A model generated the notes under the pieces. The model made no database searches, was not told the DNA's origin, and worked only from the letters and a program-made list of their open reading frames with translations. A program made the position numbers and the translations under genes. From an uncultured Clostridia bacterium (GTDB lineage: Bacteria > Bacillota > Clostridia > TANB77 > CAG-508), in contig CANRLO010000002.1 of NCBI GenBank assembly GCA_947631495.1, forward strand, positions 1 to 62,828: DNA of 62,828 nt. Direction: 5' to 3'. Below are positions 1-8,375 of the stretch, piece by piece; positions within the stretch are counted from its first letter, which is position 1; every line of letters starts with the position of its first letter.

Positions 1-759
1 TTAGGAATGGCAGGATTAAATTTCCCTGAAAATGCAGACTATAAAGAAGAAAAAGAAAACAAAAATAATATAGCACCATTTGAATTTATTCCTTATGTAT
101 TAGCACAATGTGCAAATATTAGTGAAGTTAAAAAATTATTAGAAAGTATCAATATAGCATTAATCAACTTTAGCGAAGAATTACCAGCATCACCATTACA
201 TTGGATAATTGCAGATAAAGAATCTTCAATAATAGTGGAAAGTGTTAAAGAAGGACTTAAAATATATGAAAATCCAGTAGGTGTACTTACAAACAACCCA
301 ACATTTGACATTCAAATGTTTAACTTAAACAATTATATGAATTTATCAACTAAGCCACCTGTAAACAACTTTTCAAAAGAATTAAATTTAAAAACTTACA
401 GTAGAGGCATGGGTGCTATGGGATTACCAGGAGATTTATCTTCTGTATCTAGATTTGTAAAAGCAACCTTTACAAAAATGAATTCCATCTCTGGTGATTC
501 AGAATCAGAAAGTATTAGCCAATTCTTTCATATATTAGACAGTGTATGCCAACAAAGAGGTTGTGTATATATGGGAGAAAACCTATATGAAATAACCATT
601 TATAGCTCTTGCTGTAATATGGAAAAAGGAATTTACTATTATAAAACGTATGAAAATAGCCAAATTACTGCTATTAACATGAACAAAGAAAATTTAGATG
701 GAAATACTTTAGTAAGTTATGACTTAATAAAAGGGCAACAAATTTTAGAGCAAAATTAA
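1..759 (+). CDS. choloylglycine (bile-salt) hydrolase / linear amide C-N hydrolase family protein, C-terminal part; 5' end outside window
   Basis: Frame 1 is open from base 1 through the listed ATG at 7. Blocks PLHWIIADKESSIIVE, GVLTNNPTFD and SRFVKATF are recognised from Ntn-hydrolase bile-salt hydrolases. Confidence 0.7.
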   Translation, partial: LGMAGLNFPENADYKEEKENKNNIAPFEFIPYVLAQCANISEVKKLLESINIALINFSEELPASPLHWIIADKESSIIVESVKEGLKIYENPVGVLTNNPTFDIQMFNLNNYMNLSTKPPVNNFSKELNLKTYSRGMGAMGLPGDLSSVSRFVKATFTKMNSISGDSESESISQFFHILDSVCQQRGCVYMGENLYEITIYSSCCNMEKGIYYYKTYENSQITAINMNKENLDGNTLVSYDLIKGQQILEQN

Positions 760-768
760 GAAAAATTA

Positions 769-797
769 TTGACATAAAGCATAAGAAATAGTATAAT
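769..797 (+). promoter_or_regulatory. sigma-A type promoter upstream of the 36-nt repeat array
   Basis: TTGACA (769-774), 17-bp spacer, TATAAT (792-797); perfect consensus hexamers. Confidence 0.6.
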
Positions 798-895
798 GAA
801 TATACTAATATAGAATAGCTATTTAGTAATTCAAGTGTTTCTTAACTAAAAATAGTGAATTTAGTGAACACTTATGCTAGAACTAGCAAAAAGTT

Positions 896-1003
896 GGTGA
901 ATCCAGCCATTAAATTGGAACTTAAAAAAGCGGTGAATCCAGCCATTAAATTGGAATTAAAAAAAGCGGTGTTTCCAGCCATTAAATTGGAACTTAAAAA
1001 AGG
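896..1003 (+). ncRNA. toxI: ToxI-like type III antitoxin RNA: three tandem 36-nt repeats
   Basis: GGTGAATCCAGCCATTAAATTGGAACTTAAAAAAGC starts at 896, 932 and 968 (period exactly 36; 2-3 mismatches between copies). It lies between a consensus promoter and a terminator, directly upstream of a ToxN/AbiQ-like reading frame. Confidence 0.75.
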
Positions 1004-1033
1004 GGATTAGGGGCAAAACTCTAATCCTTTTGT
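1003..1033 (+). terminator. rho-independent terminator between repeat RNA and toxN remnant
   Basis: GGATTAG (1004-1010) pairs with CTAATCC (1021-1027), followed by TTTTGTATTG. This is the same position as the attenuating terminator of ToxIN loci. Confidence 0.7.
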
Positions 1034-1084
1034 ATTGTATTTCTATAGTTACTAATGTATAATTAAAATGCTGAGGAGGTAATT

Positions 1085-1371
1085 GTGATGATTATAAACT
1101 TAAAAATTGTTAGAGTTAATTCTGATTATTGTGATTATTTAAGAAAATATGATAATAAGGTGGCTTATAATAAAAACGAAAAAGAATTAAGACCTTTTAT
1201 AGGTTATTAAGAGAACAATTAGCTTGGCTAAATGCAAATTATCATCAAGTAAAAAATAAATCTTTTAAGTTATATCAATTATATAATAAAGGGAGATTAC
1301 CAGAAAACTTAAAATCGAGATGCTGTAATTTCAAATTACTAGAGGAAAAATGTATAGAATATAATAAATAG
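1085..1371 (+). pseudogene. toxN: ToxN/AbiQ-family type III toxin gene with internal deletion and frameshift
   Basis: GAGGAGG RBS then GTGATG. The 40-codon frame 1088-1210 (MIINLKIVRVNSDYCDYLRKYDNKVAYNKNEKELRPFIGY) resembles a ToxN/AbiQ N-terminus. A second frame 1213-1371 (...NKGRLPENLKSRCCNFKLLEEKCIEYNK) resembles the family C-terminus (CNF..LEEK). The central part of a ~170-aa toxin is missing. Confidence 0.65.
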
Positions 1372-1415
1372 CATCGTGGCATAAAATGAATTCATTTATA
1401 AATAGGAGACAAACT

Positions 1416-2081
1416 ATGGAAAAACAAGATTGGGAAGAATTAGAAAAATGGAACGAGCAAAGATTAGAGCAAGAAAAAGAAAAATTTGGATATTCTTATC
1501 AGGAAATAGAGGAAAAGAAACCACATAAAAAAGTAGAACAATTAGTAAAAGGACTAAAAATAACAGGAAACACCTTAAAAATATTTACTATTATAATATT
1601 TATAATAGCTGCTTTTAGTATTTTACTAATGCTATATATAAAATTTGCCAATATCAATGCACTAACAAATGCAGAAGTAATAAAAACAATTGAAAATATG
1701 TATCATACAAAAGTAAAATGTATACAAAAACAAGTAGATGAAGATGAAAATGGCACTTATCAATTAGAAGTAAAAGAAAATCCACAAATAAAATTTACAG
1801 CAATAAAAGAAAAAGGAACTTTAACAGAAGACTACTTAGACCAATGCCATAAATATTATTTTGAACATTGGGATAATCAGAAAAAACAAAACTTTATCGT
1901 AAACGAAAATATCAATCAAGGAGTACTTCAATATGAAACTTACATTGTTGTAAATACTCAAGAAGAAATAGAAAAAGACATGAATATAATAAAAGAATTT
2001 GCCACTTTCTGCAAAGAGCAATTTACACCAGCTTGGGAAATTTATTTGTTAAATGGTAATGAAAGGATTTATTCTAATTAG
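1416..2081 (+). CDS. hypothetical membrane-anchored protein
   Basis: ORF with an AGGAGA RBS before the ATG at 1416 (track start 1386 lacks an RBS). One hydrophobic helix (IFTIIIFIIAAFSILLMLYI); no recognised domain. Confidence 0.5.
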   Translation: MEKQDWEELEKWNEQRLEQEKEKFGYSYQEIEEKKPHKKVEQLVKGLKITGNTLKIFTIIIFIIAAFSILLMLYIKFANINALTNAEVIKTIENMYHTKVKCIQKQVDEDENGTYQLEVKENPQIKFTAIKEKGTLTEDYLDQCHKYYFEHWDNQKKQNFIVNENINQGVLQYETYIVVNTQEEIEKDMNIIKEFATFCKEQFTPAWEIYLLNGNERIYSN

Positions 2082-2157
2082 CATTATGATTGACAACTAT
2101 AACAAATTCATTTATAATAGAAAAAGTAAAAAGAAAAAATAGAAGGAGGAGTTATCC

Positions 2158-2883
2158 ATGAGTGGACATTCAAAGTGGCACAACATACAAGCCAAAAAAG
2201 GAAAGGCAGATGCCGCAAGAGGAAAAGTATTTACAAAATTAGGTAGAGAATTATTGATGGCAGTAAAACAAGGAGGACCAGACCCAGCAGGTAACTCTAA
2301 ATTAAAAGATGTTATAGCAAAATGTAAAGCAGCTAACATGCCAAACGATACAATAAACAATGCAATCAAAAAAGCAGCAGGAGCAGGAAACAACGAAAAC
2401 TATGAAGAAGTAATCTATGAAGGATATGGACCAAACGGAATTGCAGTTATTGTAGAAGCGGCAACCGATAATAAAAATAGAACAGCAGCAGACGTAAGAC
2501 ATGCATTTTCAAAATGTGGTGGAAACTTAGGAACAAATGGCTGTGTATCTTACTTATTTACAAAAAAAGGCGTTATTGTTATAGATAAATCAACTTGTAA
2601 ATTAGATGAAGATAGTTTAATGATGCTTGCAATCGAAGCAGGAGCAGAAGACTTTTCATCTGAAGAAGAAGTATATGAAATAACCACAACACCAGAAACA
2701 TTCTCAGAAGTAAGAGAAAAACTAGAAGCAGAAAACTTAGAATTCTTAGAAGCAGGGGTACAAATGGTACCATCAACCTATGTTGCATTAGACGAAGCAG
2801 GTGCAGGAAAAATGGAGCGCTTGCTAGACATGCTAGACGAATTAGATGATGTATCCGAAGTATATCATAACTGGGATGAATAA
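2158..2883 (+). CDS. yebC: YebC/PmpR-family transcriptional regulator
   Basis: N-terminus [31 protein letters not shown] is diagnostic of the YebC/TACO1 family; GGAGGAG RBS. Confidence 0.9.
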   Translation: MSGHSKWHNIQAKKGKADAARGKVFTKLGRELLMAVKQGGPDPAGNSKLKDVIAKCKAANMPNDTINNAIKKAAGAGNNENYEEVIYEGYGPNGIAVIVEAATDNKNRTAADVRHAFSKCGGNLGTNGCVSYLFTKKGVIVIDKSTCKLDEDSLMMLAIEAGAEDFSSEEEVYEITTTPETFSEVREKLEAENLEFLEAGVQMVPSTYVALDEAGAGKMERLLDMLDELDDVSEVYHNWDE

Positions 2884-2920
2884 AATCAAAAGGAGAAAAA
2901 AGTTCTAAAATAATAAAAAA

Positions 2921-2950
2921 GACATATATATAATATATATGTCTTTTTTT
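2921..2950 (+). terminator. rho-independent terminator of yebC
   Basis: GACATATATA (2921-2930), loop taa, TATATATGTC (2934-2943), then a T7 run. Confidence 0.85.
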
Positions 2951-2963
2951 GTGTCTCTTTTTG

Positions 2964-3158
2964 GGTTACCTTTGGGGACGTTTCCTAAAGGGAAATTGAT
3001 AAGAAAAACGAAGCAAATTAAAGAGAATACATAATAAATTTAAATTTTTGTTAAAATTAAAGCAAAATCATTAGAAATAAACTTTTTTAGATTTTTATAA
3101 TTTCAAAAGTTACCAAAAGGGACAGATTTACCAAAAGTAAACGTCCCCAAAGGTAACC
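2964..3158. repeat. MITE/REP-like element A with 20-bp perfect terminal inverted repeats (GGGACG core)
   Basis: GGTTACCTTTGGGGACGTTT (2964-2983) and its exact reverse complement AAACGTCCCCAAAGGTAACC (3139-3158). The internal block GCAAATTAAAGAGAATACATAATAAA is shared with element B. Confidence 0.65.
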
Positions 3159-3204
3159 AAAATGTAAGTCCAAAAGTTACTAAAGGATGGGAAGGAAAGA
3201 AAAA

Positions 3205-4155
3205 ATGATTGCAATTCATCCTATATTAAAATGCTTTCCTCTAAAAGTGGCAAAGAAAATAGAAGATTATTTCCTTTCGGAAAATATCAATTTGAATTTA
3301 CTAGAGGAAATTCGCATTCGTACAAATCGTCCTATTTTACTTAAAGTAGGACAAGAAGAAAGAAAAGTAGAACATGTAATTTCGCAAGAAGAAATTCTAG
3401 AGACTCTGCAACATATTTGCGATAATTCCATATATAGCTATCAAAGCCAAATTTGCAAAGGTTATATCACTATGCAAGGTGGACATCGTGTTGGAATTAC
3501 TGGAAATGCAATAATTAAAGAAGGACAGGTTAGTAATATTAACTATATTTCTAGCCTTAATTTTCGTATTGCAAAACAGGTTCTAGGGGCTAGCAACAAA
3601 ATTTTAAAATATGTTATTAACGAAGAAGAAAATTCAGTTTTTAATACACTTATTGTTTCACCACCAGGAGCAGGAAAGACTACTATTTTAAGAGATTTGA
3701 TTCGTAAATTAAGCAATGGAATTGAACAAATCAATTTTCATGGAATAAATATAGGAGTAATTGACGAAAGAGGAGAAATTGCAGCTATGTATCGTGGCGT
3801 TCCACAAAATGATGTAGGCATTCGAACTGATGTATTAGACAATGTAAGTAAAGAAATAGGAATGAGCATGCTGGTACGTTCTATGGCGCCAAAAGTCATT
3901 GTAGCAGATGAAATAGGAAATCCAGAAGAAATAAAGCCTATCATGTATGCTATTTGTTCAGGAGTTAAAGGAATTTTTACAGCGCACGGAGCTTCTATTG
4001 AAGATATAAAATTAAATCCTACACTAAATGAACTTGCAGAAAATGGTGTATTTGAAAGAATTATTTTTTTAAACGATAAAAAAGAAAAAGGAGAAATTCA
4101 AAAAGTATATTGCTTGAATAAAATAGAAAAGCAATATGTTCTGTATAATAATTAA
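3205..4155 (+). CDS. spoIIIAA: stage III sporulation protein AA (ATPase)
   Basis: Walker A SPPGAGKTT, first gene of a spoIIIA-ordered operon. The ATG at 3205 has better RBS spacing than the track start 3187. Confidence 0.85.
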   Translation: MIAIHPILKCFPLKVAKKIEDYFLSENINLNLLEEIRIRTNRPILLKVGQEERKVEHVISQEEILETLQHICDNSIYSYQSQICKGYITMQGGHRVGITGNAIIKEGQVSNINYISSLNFRIAKQVLGASNKILKYVINEEENSVFNTLIVSPPGAGKTTILRDLIRKLSNGIEQINFHGINIGVIDERGEIAAMYRGVPQNDVGIRTDVLDNVSKEIGMSMLVRSMAPKVIVADEIGNPEEIKPIMYAICSGVKGIFTAHGASIEDIKLNPTLNELAENGVFERIIFLNDKKEKGEIQKVYCLNKIEKQYVLYNN

Positions 4156-4230
4156 ATATATTTATAGTTCTAAAAGCAAAATTCACTGCATATAATTAAG
4201 ATAGAAAATAAAAAGGACAAGGTAGTTGCC

Positions 4231-4740
4231 ATGCAAATAATCAAATGTGTAATTTTAGTACTTCTTTTTGCTTCTAGTAGTTACATAGGGGTGCTCATAG
4301 CAAAAAAATATCAAGCAAGAGTAAGAGAATTAAAAGAAATAAAAACCTCTCTTGCTATTTTTGCTACAAAAATAAAACTAACATATGAGCCAATTCCACA
4401 AATATTTGAAGAATTAGGGAATAGAGAACAAAATAATATATCTAATTTATTTCAGATAGCATCTAAAAACATGAAAGAACTGCCAGCAGGACAGGCTTGG
4501 CTAGAAGCCTTAGATAAAACAAATACAAATTTGAAAAAAGAAGATATAGAAGTATTAAAAGGATTAAGCAGTTTACTTGGAAAAGTAGATTTAGAAGGGC
4601 AAGTAAGCGAAATAGAATTAGTAGACCACTTTTTAGACAGACAAATAGAAATAGCACAAGAAGAAAGCAAAAAAAGTGAAAAAATGTATAAAACACTAGG
4701 TGTTACAGTAGGACTAGCAATGGTCATTGTCTTAATATAA
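4231..4740 (+). CDS. spoIIIAB: stage III sporulation protein AB
   Basis: ~170 aa with N- and C-terminal TM helices; position between spoIIIAA and spoIIIAC. Confidence 0.75.
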   Translation: MQIIKCVILVLLFASSSYIGVLIAKKYQARVRELKEIKTSLAIFATKIKLTYEPIPQIFEELGNREQNNISNLFQIASKNMKELPAGQAWLEALDKTNTNLKKEDIEVLKGLSSLLGKVDLEGQVSEIELVDHFLDRQIEIAQEESKKSEKMYKTLGVTVGLAMVIVLI

Positions 4741-4776
4741 ACAAAGAATAACTCACAAAAGAAAGGAAATAGAACA

Positions 4777-4971
4777 ATGGATATCAATTTATTATTTAAA
4801 ATAGCGGCAATAGGAATATTAGTAGCAGTTTTGCATCAAGTACTAGTACGTGCAGGTAGAGAAGACCAAGCTATGATGACAACTTTAGCCGGACTAGTTA
4901 TTGTGCTAAGTATGGTCATTAAAGAAATAAGTGCCTTATTTGACACAGTACGAACCATTTTTGGACTTTGA
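4777..4971 (+). CDS. spoIIIAC: stage III sporulation protein AC
   Basis: 64-aa two-TM protein MDINLLFKIAAIGILVAVL...VRAGREDQA..., typical SpoIIIAC. Confidence 0.85.
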   Translation: MDINLLFKIAAIGILVAVLHQVLVRAGREDQAMMTTLAGLVIVLSMVIKEISALFDTVRTIFGL

Positions 4972-5095
4972 TACATTAGGGACACTGATACATTAGGGAC
5001 GTTTCCTTTTGTATCATTTGTCCATTTTGATACATTAATAACAAATATAAAGCGAATTAAAGAAAATATATAATAAACGGAAAACGTCCCAAAAG
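4970..5095. repeat. MITE/REP-like element B (GGGACG core) between spoIIIAC and spoIIIAD
   Basis: GATACATTAGGGAC occurs twice (4970-, 4987-). GGGACGTTTCCTTTTG (4996-5011) faces GGAAAACGTCCC (5079-5090). It shares the internal block GCGAATTAAAGAAAATATATAATAAA with element A and starts inside the spoIIIAC stop codon. Confidence 0.6.
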
Positions 5096-5223
5096 AATTT
5101 AAAAGTTTAAAGAAGTTTAAAAAGTTCAAAATGTTAAACAAACGAACACAAAGAGAGTGGAGGAAAAAGTAGTGGAAGTTGTTAAAATAATACGGAATTG
5201 GACTAATAGCCTTAATTTTAATT

Positions 5224-5559
5224 ATGATATTAAAACAATATAAGCCAGAATATGTAATATATGTTTCATTACTTGCAGGAGCACTTATACTTGCATTAAC
5301 TTTTTCTAAAATTTCTGGCATTATAGAACTGTTAAATAGTTTAGCAGGAAAAATTTCAATACATAAAGAATTTATAACATTACTTATGAAAATTACAGGA
5401 ATTGCTATCTTAACAGAATTTGCAGTTAGCATTTGTAAAGATTCAGGAGAATCCGCTATTGCAAGCAAAATAGATATGGGAGGAAAAGTTATCATGATTT
5501 CTTTATCTATTCCAATTATTGCAGGACTTTTAGAAACGATGGTAAAGATTTTACCATAA
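5224..5559 (+). CDS. spoIIIAD: stage III sporulation protein AD (N-terminus apparently frameshifted, see findings)
   Basis: KQYKPEY...GIIELLNSLAGK...ITGIAILTEFAVSICKDSGESAIASKIDMGGKV matches the SpoIIIAD pattern. The expected first ~17 residues are split into another frame starting at GTG 5172. Confidence 0.75.
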   Translation: MILKQYKPEYVIYVSLLAGALILALTFSKISGIIELLNSLAGKISIHKEFITLLMKITGIAILTEFAVSICKDSGESAIASKIDMGGKVIMISLSIPIIAGLLETMVKILP

Positions 5560-5611
5560 CTATTGCTATAGCTATAATATAAAAAGAAACATGCACCAAA
5601 AGGAGACACAA

Positions 5612-6814
5612 ATGAAAAAAAAATTTACTTTTATTTTCCTTTTTTTTCTTGTACTTTTTCAATCTACTACTTGCTGGGCAGAAACAATTAAGGCAGAAAC
5701 AATTAATAAGAAAGAAAACTCTTATGCAGAAATTTCACAAGAAGAAATTTTAACTTCACAGCAAGAATCTCTTAACATTGGAAAATTTATAGAGGATGCA
5801 AAAAAATATACCTCAGAAGTGTTTGAAGATACAGATTATAATGATTTACTAACTTCTGCCATGACAGGAAATATAGACAATAAAACATTAGGTAAAAATA
5901 TTTTAAAAGTATTTGGAAAAGAAACGCTTGGCTCTATAAAAACGATTACTAGTATTATTATTGTTATTATTATTCATAGTATTTTGAAAAGTATTAGTGA
6001 AGGCTTAGGAAATGACGGTATTGCTAAAATTAGTTATTATGTACAATATATATTAATTGTAACTCTTATCATGAGTAATTTTGCAGATATTATTACTATG
6101 GTAAAAAATTCAGTTTCAAACTTAGTTGCATTTTCGAATACATTAATACCAATATTAATTACTTTGGTATTAACAACAGGAAATATAGTTTCTGCCAATT
6201 TATTGCAACCAATTTTATTATTTCTTGTGACCTTTATAGGAAATTTTATTATGAATGTTATTATTCCAGTCTTACTAGCATCAACGGTTTTAGGAATTAT
6301 TTCTAAAATATCTGATTATGTGCAATTAGATAGACTATCAAAATTCTTTAAATCTAGCATTGTTTGGGCTTTGGGTGTAGTTTTAACATTATTTGTAAGT
6401 TTGCTATCAGTAGAAGGAAGTTTAAGTAGTACTGTTGATGGTATAACGGCCAAAACTACCAAAGCTGCAGTTTCTAGTTTTATTCCTGTAGTAGGAAAAA
6501 TCTTAGGAGATGCAGTAGATACCGTAATTGGTTGTACTTCTATTTTAAAAAATGCGGTTGGTATTGTAGGAGTTATTGTTGTAATTGGAATTTGCATTGC
6601 ACCTATTATTAAATTATTAATGCTCATGGTAACGTATTACATAGGTTCAGCCATTTGTGAACCAATAGCAGATGAAAAAATTGTAAAATTATTAGCACAA
6701 ATGGGAGATACATTTAAAGTATTACTTGCTATATTATGCAGTTTATCAGTTATGCTAATCATTGGCACTACTTTAGTAATGAAAATTTCTAATAGTGGAC
6801 TGATGTATCGTTAA
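5612..6814 (+). CDS. spoIIIAE: stage III sporulation protein AE
   Basis: Signal peptide plus a polytopic membrane protein of ~400 aa in the operon position. AGGAGA RBS before ATG 5612. Confidence 0.85.
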   Translation: MKKKFTFIFLFFLVLFQSTTCWAETIKAETINKKENSYAEISQEEILTSQQESLNIGKFIEDAKKYTSEVFEDTDYNDLLTSAMTGNIDNKTLGKNILKVFGKETLGSIKTITSIIIVIIIHSILKSISEGLGNDGIAKISYYVQYILIVTLIMSNFADIITMVKNSVSNLVAFSNTLIPILITLVLTTGNIVSANLLQPILLFLVTFIGNFIMNVIIPVLLASTVLGIISKISDYVQLDRLSKFFKSSIVWALGVVLTLFVSLLSVEGSLSSTVDGITAKTTKAAVSSFIPVVGKILGDAVDTVIGCTSILKNAVGIVGVIVVIGICIAPIIKLLMLMVTYYIGSAICEPIADEKIVKLLAQMGDTFKVLLAILCSLSVMLIIGTTLVMKISNSGLMYR

Positions 6815-6842
6815 AAAAGCATACATTAGAAAGGACGGAAAA

Positions 6843-7466
6843 ATGAACTTTTTAAATTCGTGGTTACAAGGAATTATGATAGCTGTTATTGTATCAACTA
6901 TTATAGAAATGATAATTCCAAATGGTAATAGCAAGAAATATATTAAAGTAGTATTAGGTGTTTATGTCGTTTTCAACATTATTACTCCAGTAGTCAACAA
7001 ATTTTTTCATTCCGATTTTGAAATATCTTCTATTCTAAATATGGAAGAATATACAGAAAAAATGGAAGCATATGAAACAGATAGCAAAAATATAGAACAA
7101 TCAAATGAAAACAGCATTAAACAAATTTATGTATCGAATTTAAAAAAAGACATAAAAGCAAAATTAGAAGAAAGAGGTTACAAGGTAACACAAATAAAAA
7201 TAGAAATAGTAAATGACGATACATATCAAATTAAAAGTATTTTTCTTTCTTTAAATAAAAAAGAAGAAAAAGAAGAAACAAGCCAAACTACTAGTATTAA
7301 TGAAATAGAAATTGAAAAAATAGAAATTCAAGTAGGAGAAAAAGAACAAAAAGAAAATACAGAAAATAATAAACAGAACCAAATAATGGAAAACGAGAAA
7401 AAAGAAATAAAAAAGTATATAGCTTCTGTGTATGAAGTAAAAGAAAGTCAAATATATATAGAATAA
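6843..7466 (+). CDS. spoIIIAF: stage III sporulation protein AF
   Basis: N-terminus MNFLNSWLQGIMIAVIVSTIIEMIIPNGNSKKYIKVVLGVYV is typical SpoIIIAF; the C-terminal half is K/E-rich. Confidence 0.8.
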   Translation: MNFLNSWLQGIMIAVIVSTIIEMIIPNGNSKKYIKVVLGVYVVFNIITPVVNKFFHSDFEISSILNMEEYTEKMEAYETDSKNIEQSNENSIKQIYVSNLKKDIKAKLEERGYKVTQIKIEIVNDDTYQIKSIFLSLNKKEEKEETSQTTSINEIEIEKIEIQVGEKEQKENTENNKQNQIMENEKKEIKKYIASVYEVKESQIYIE

Positions 7467-7560
7467 AAAAGTATAAATAGTAATATAAAAAAATAGAAAT
7501 AAATTAAAAAGCAAGTAATTGCATATAAATGTAAAATACAAAAGAAAGCGAGGAAATAGC

Positions 7561-8187
7561 ATGTTAGAAGAACAAAAGAAAAAGCTAAAAGAAATATTTT
7601 CAATAAAACCAGGAGCAAATAACAAAAGAAAAATAGAAAATTTAGTAGTCTTTGTTATTCTTTTAATTATCACTTTAATTATTATCAATAGTGTTTGGAG
7701 TGTAGATAAAAAAGAAAACCAAAAATTACAGAACACAACAGATAAAGTGTTAGCAAAAGAAGATGCACAAGAAGCAAATATTGAGCAAACAACTTCTAGT
7801 GATTTAGAAGAAAAATTAAAAAACATTTTGCAAAAAATAGAAGGGGTTGGTAAGGTAGAAGTATTACTAACCTATTCTCAAAGTAGTCAAACAATGGCAA
7901 TGTATAATGAAGATAATACTAAAAGCGATACCGAAGAAACAGATACACGGGCGGAGGAAATCGAAAAATAAGTGAAAGTACAAATAAAAAGGAAGTTATC
8001 TACCAAGAAATAGATGGAGAAAAAATTCCAGTTACACAAAGTATTATTAAACCTAAAATAGAAGGCGCTATTATTGCCGCAAGCCGGAGCAAGTAATAGC
8101 AATATAAAAACAAATATTGTGCAAGCAGTAGAAGCTGCAACTGGACTTGCCACCCATAAAATTCAAGTATTTGAAATGGCAAACTAG
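7561..8187 (+). pseudogene. spoIIIAG: stage III sporulation protein AG, interrupted by two compensating frameshifts
   Basis: Frame A 7561-7971 ends ...SDTEETDTRAEEIEK*. The conserved continuation GGGNRKISESTNKKEVIYQEIDGEKIPVTQSIIKPKIEGAIIAA is in another frame (about 7950-8082). The conserved end GASNSNIKTNIVQAVEAATGLATHKIQVFEMAN* (8083-8187) is back in frame A. Confidence 0.75.
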
Positions 8188-8196
8188 TTACCATTG

Positions 8197-8343
8197 GGGA
8201 CGTTTCCTTTTGGTAAATCTGTCCCTTTTGGTAACTCTTTTAGAGATAAATTACTCAAAAGGAATAGATACTCCAAAGGAGGACACATACTCAAAAGGGA
8301 CAGATACTCGATTAGGAACAGACTTCCCAAAAGGAAACGTCCC
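8197..8343. repeat. MITE/REP-like element C with 17-bp perfect terminal inverted repeats
   Basis: GGGACGTTTCCTTTTGG (8197-8213) and CCAAAAGGAAACGTCCC (8327-8343); lies between spoIIIAG and spoIIIAH. Confidence 0.65.
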
Positions 8344-8375
8344 TAATGCATCAAAAGGGAAAAAAGGAGGAAAAA

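Noticed and set aside
896-1003. The tandem repeats here and at 52957-53058 were considered as possible CRISPR arrays.
   Set aside because: The repeats are directly head-to-tail with no spacers, and there are only three units and no cas genes. The architecture fits repeat RNAs (type III antitoxin-like) instead.
4836-5609. A 257-aa minus-strand ORF overlaps spoIIIAC, element B and spoIIIAD.
   Set aside because: It is antisense to conserved SpoIIIAC/AD coding sequence, has low-complexity I/F/S/N-rich content and no RBS. It is a typical spurious long ORF in AT-rich DNA.
7251-7826. A 191-aa minus-strand ORF rich in Phe and Leu.
   Set aside because: It is the antisense reading of the K/E-rich tail of spoIIIAF and the start of spoIIIAG (AAA/GAA codons read as TTT/TTC). 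It is not a gene.
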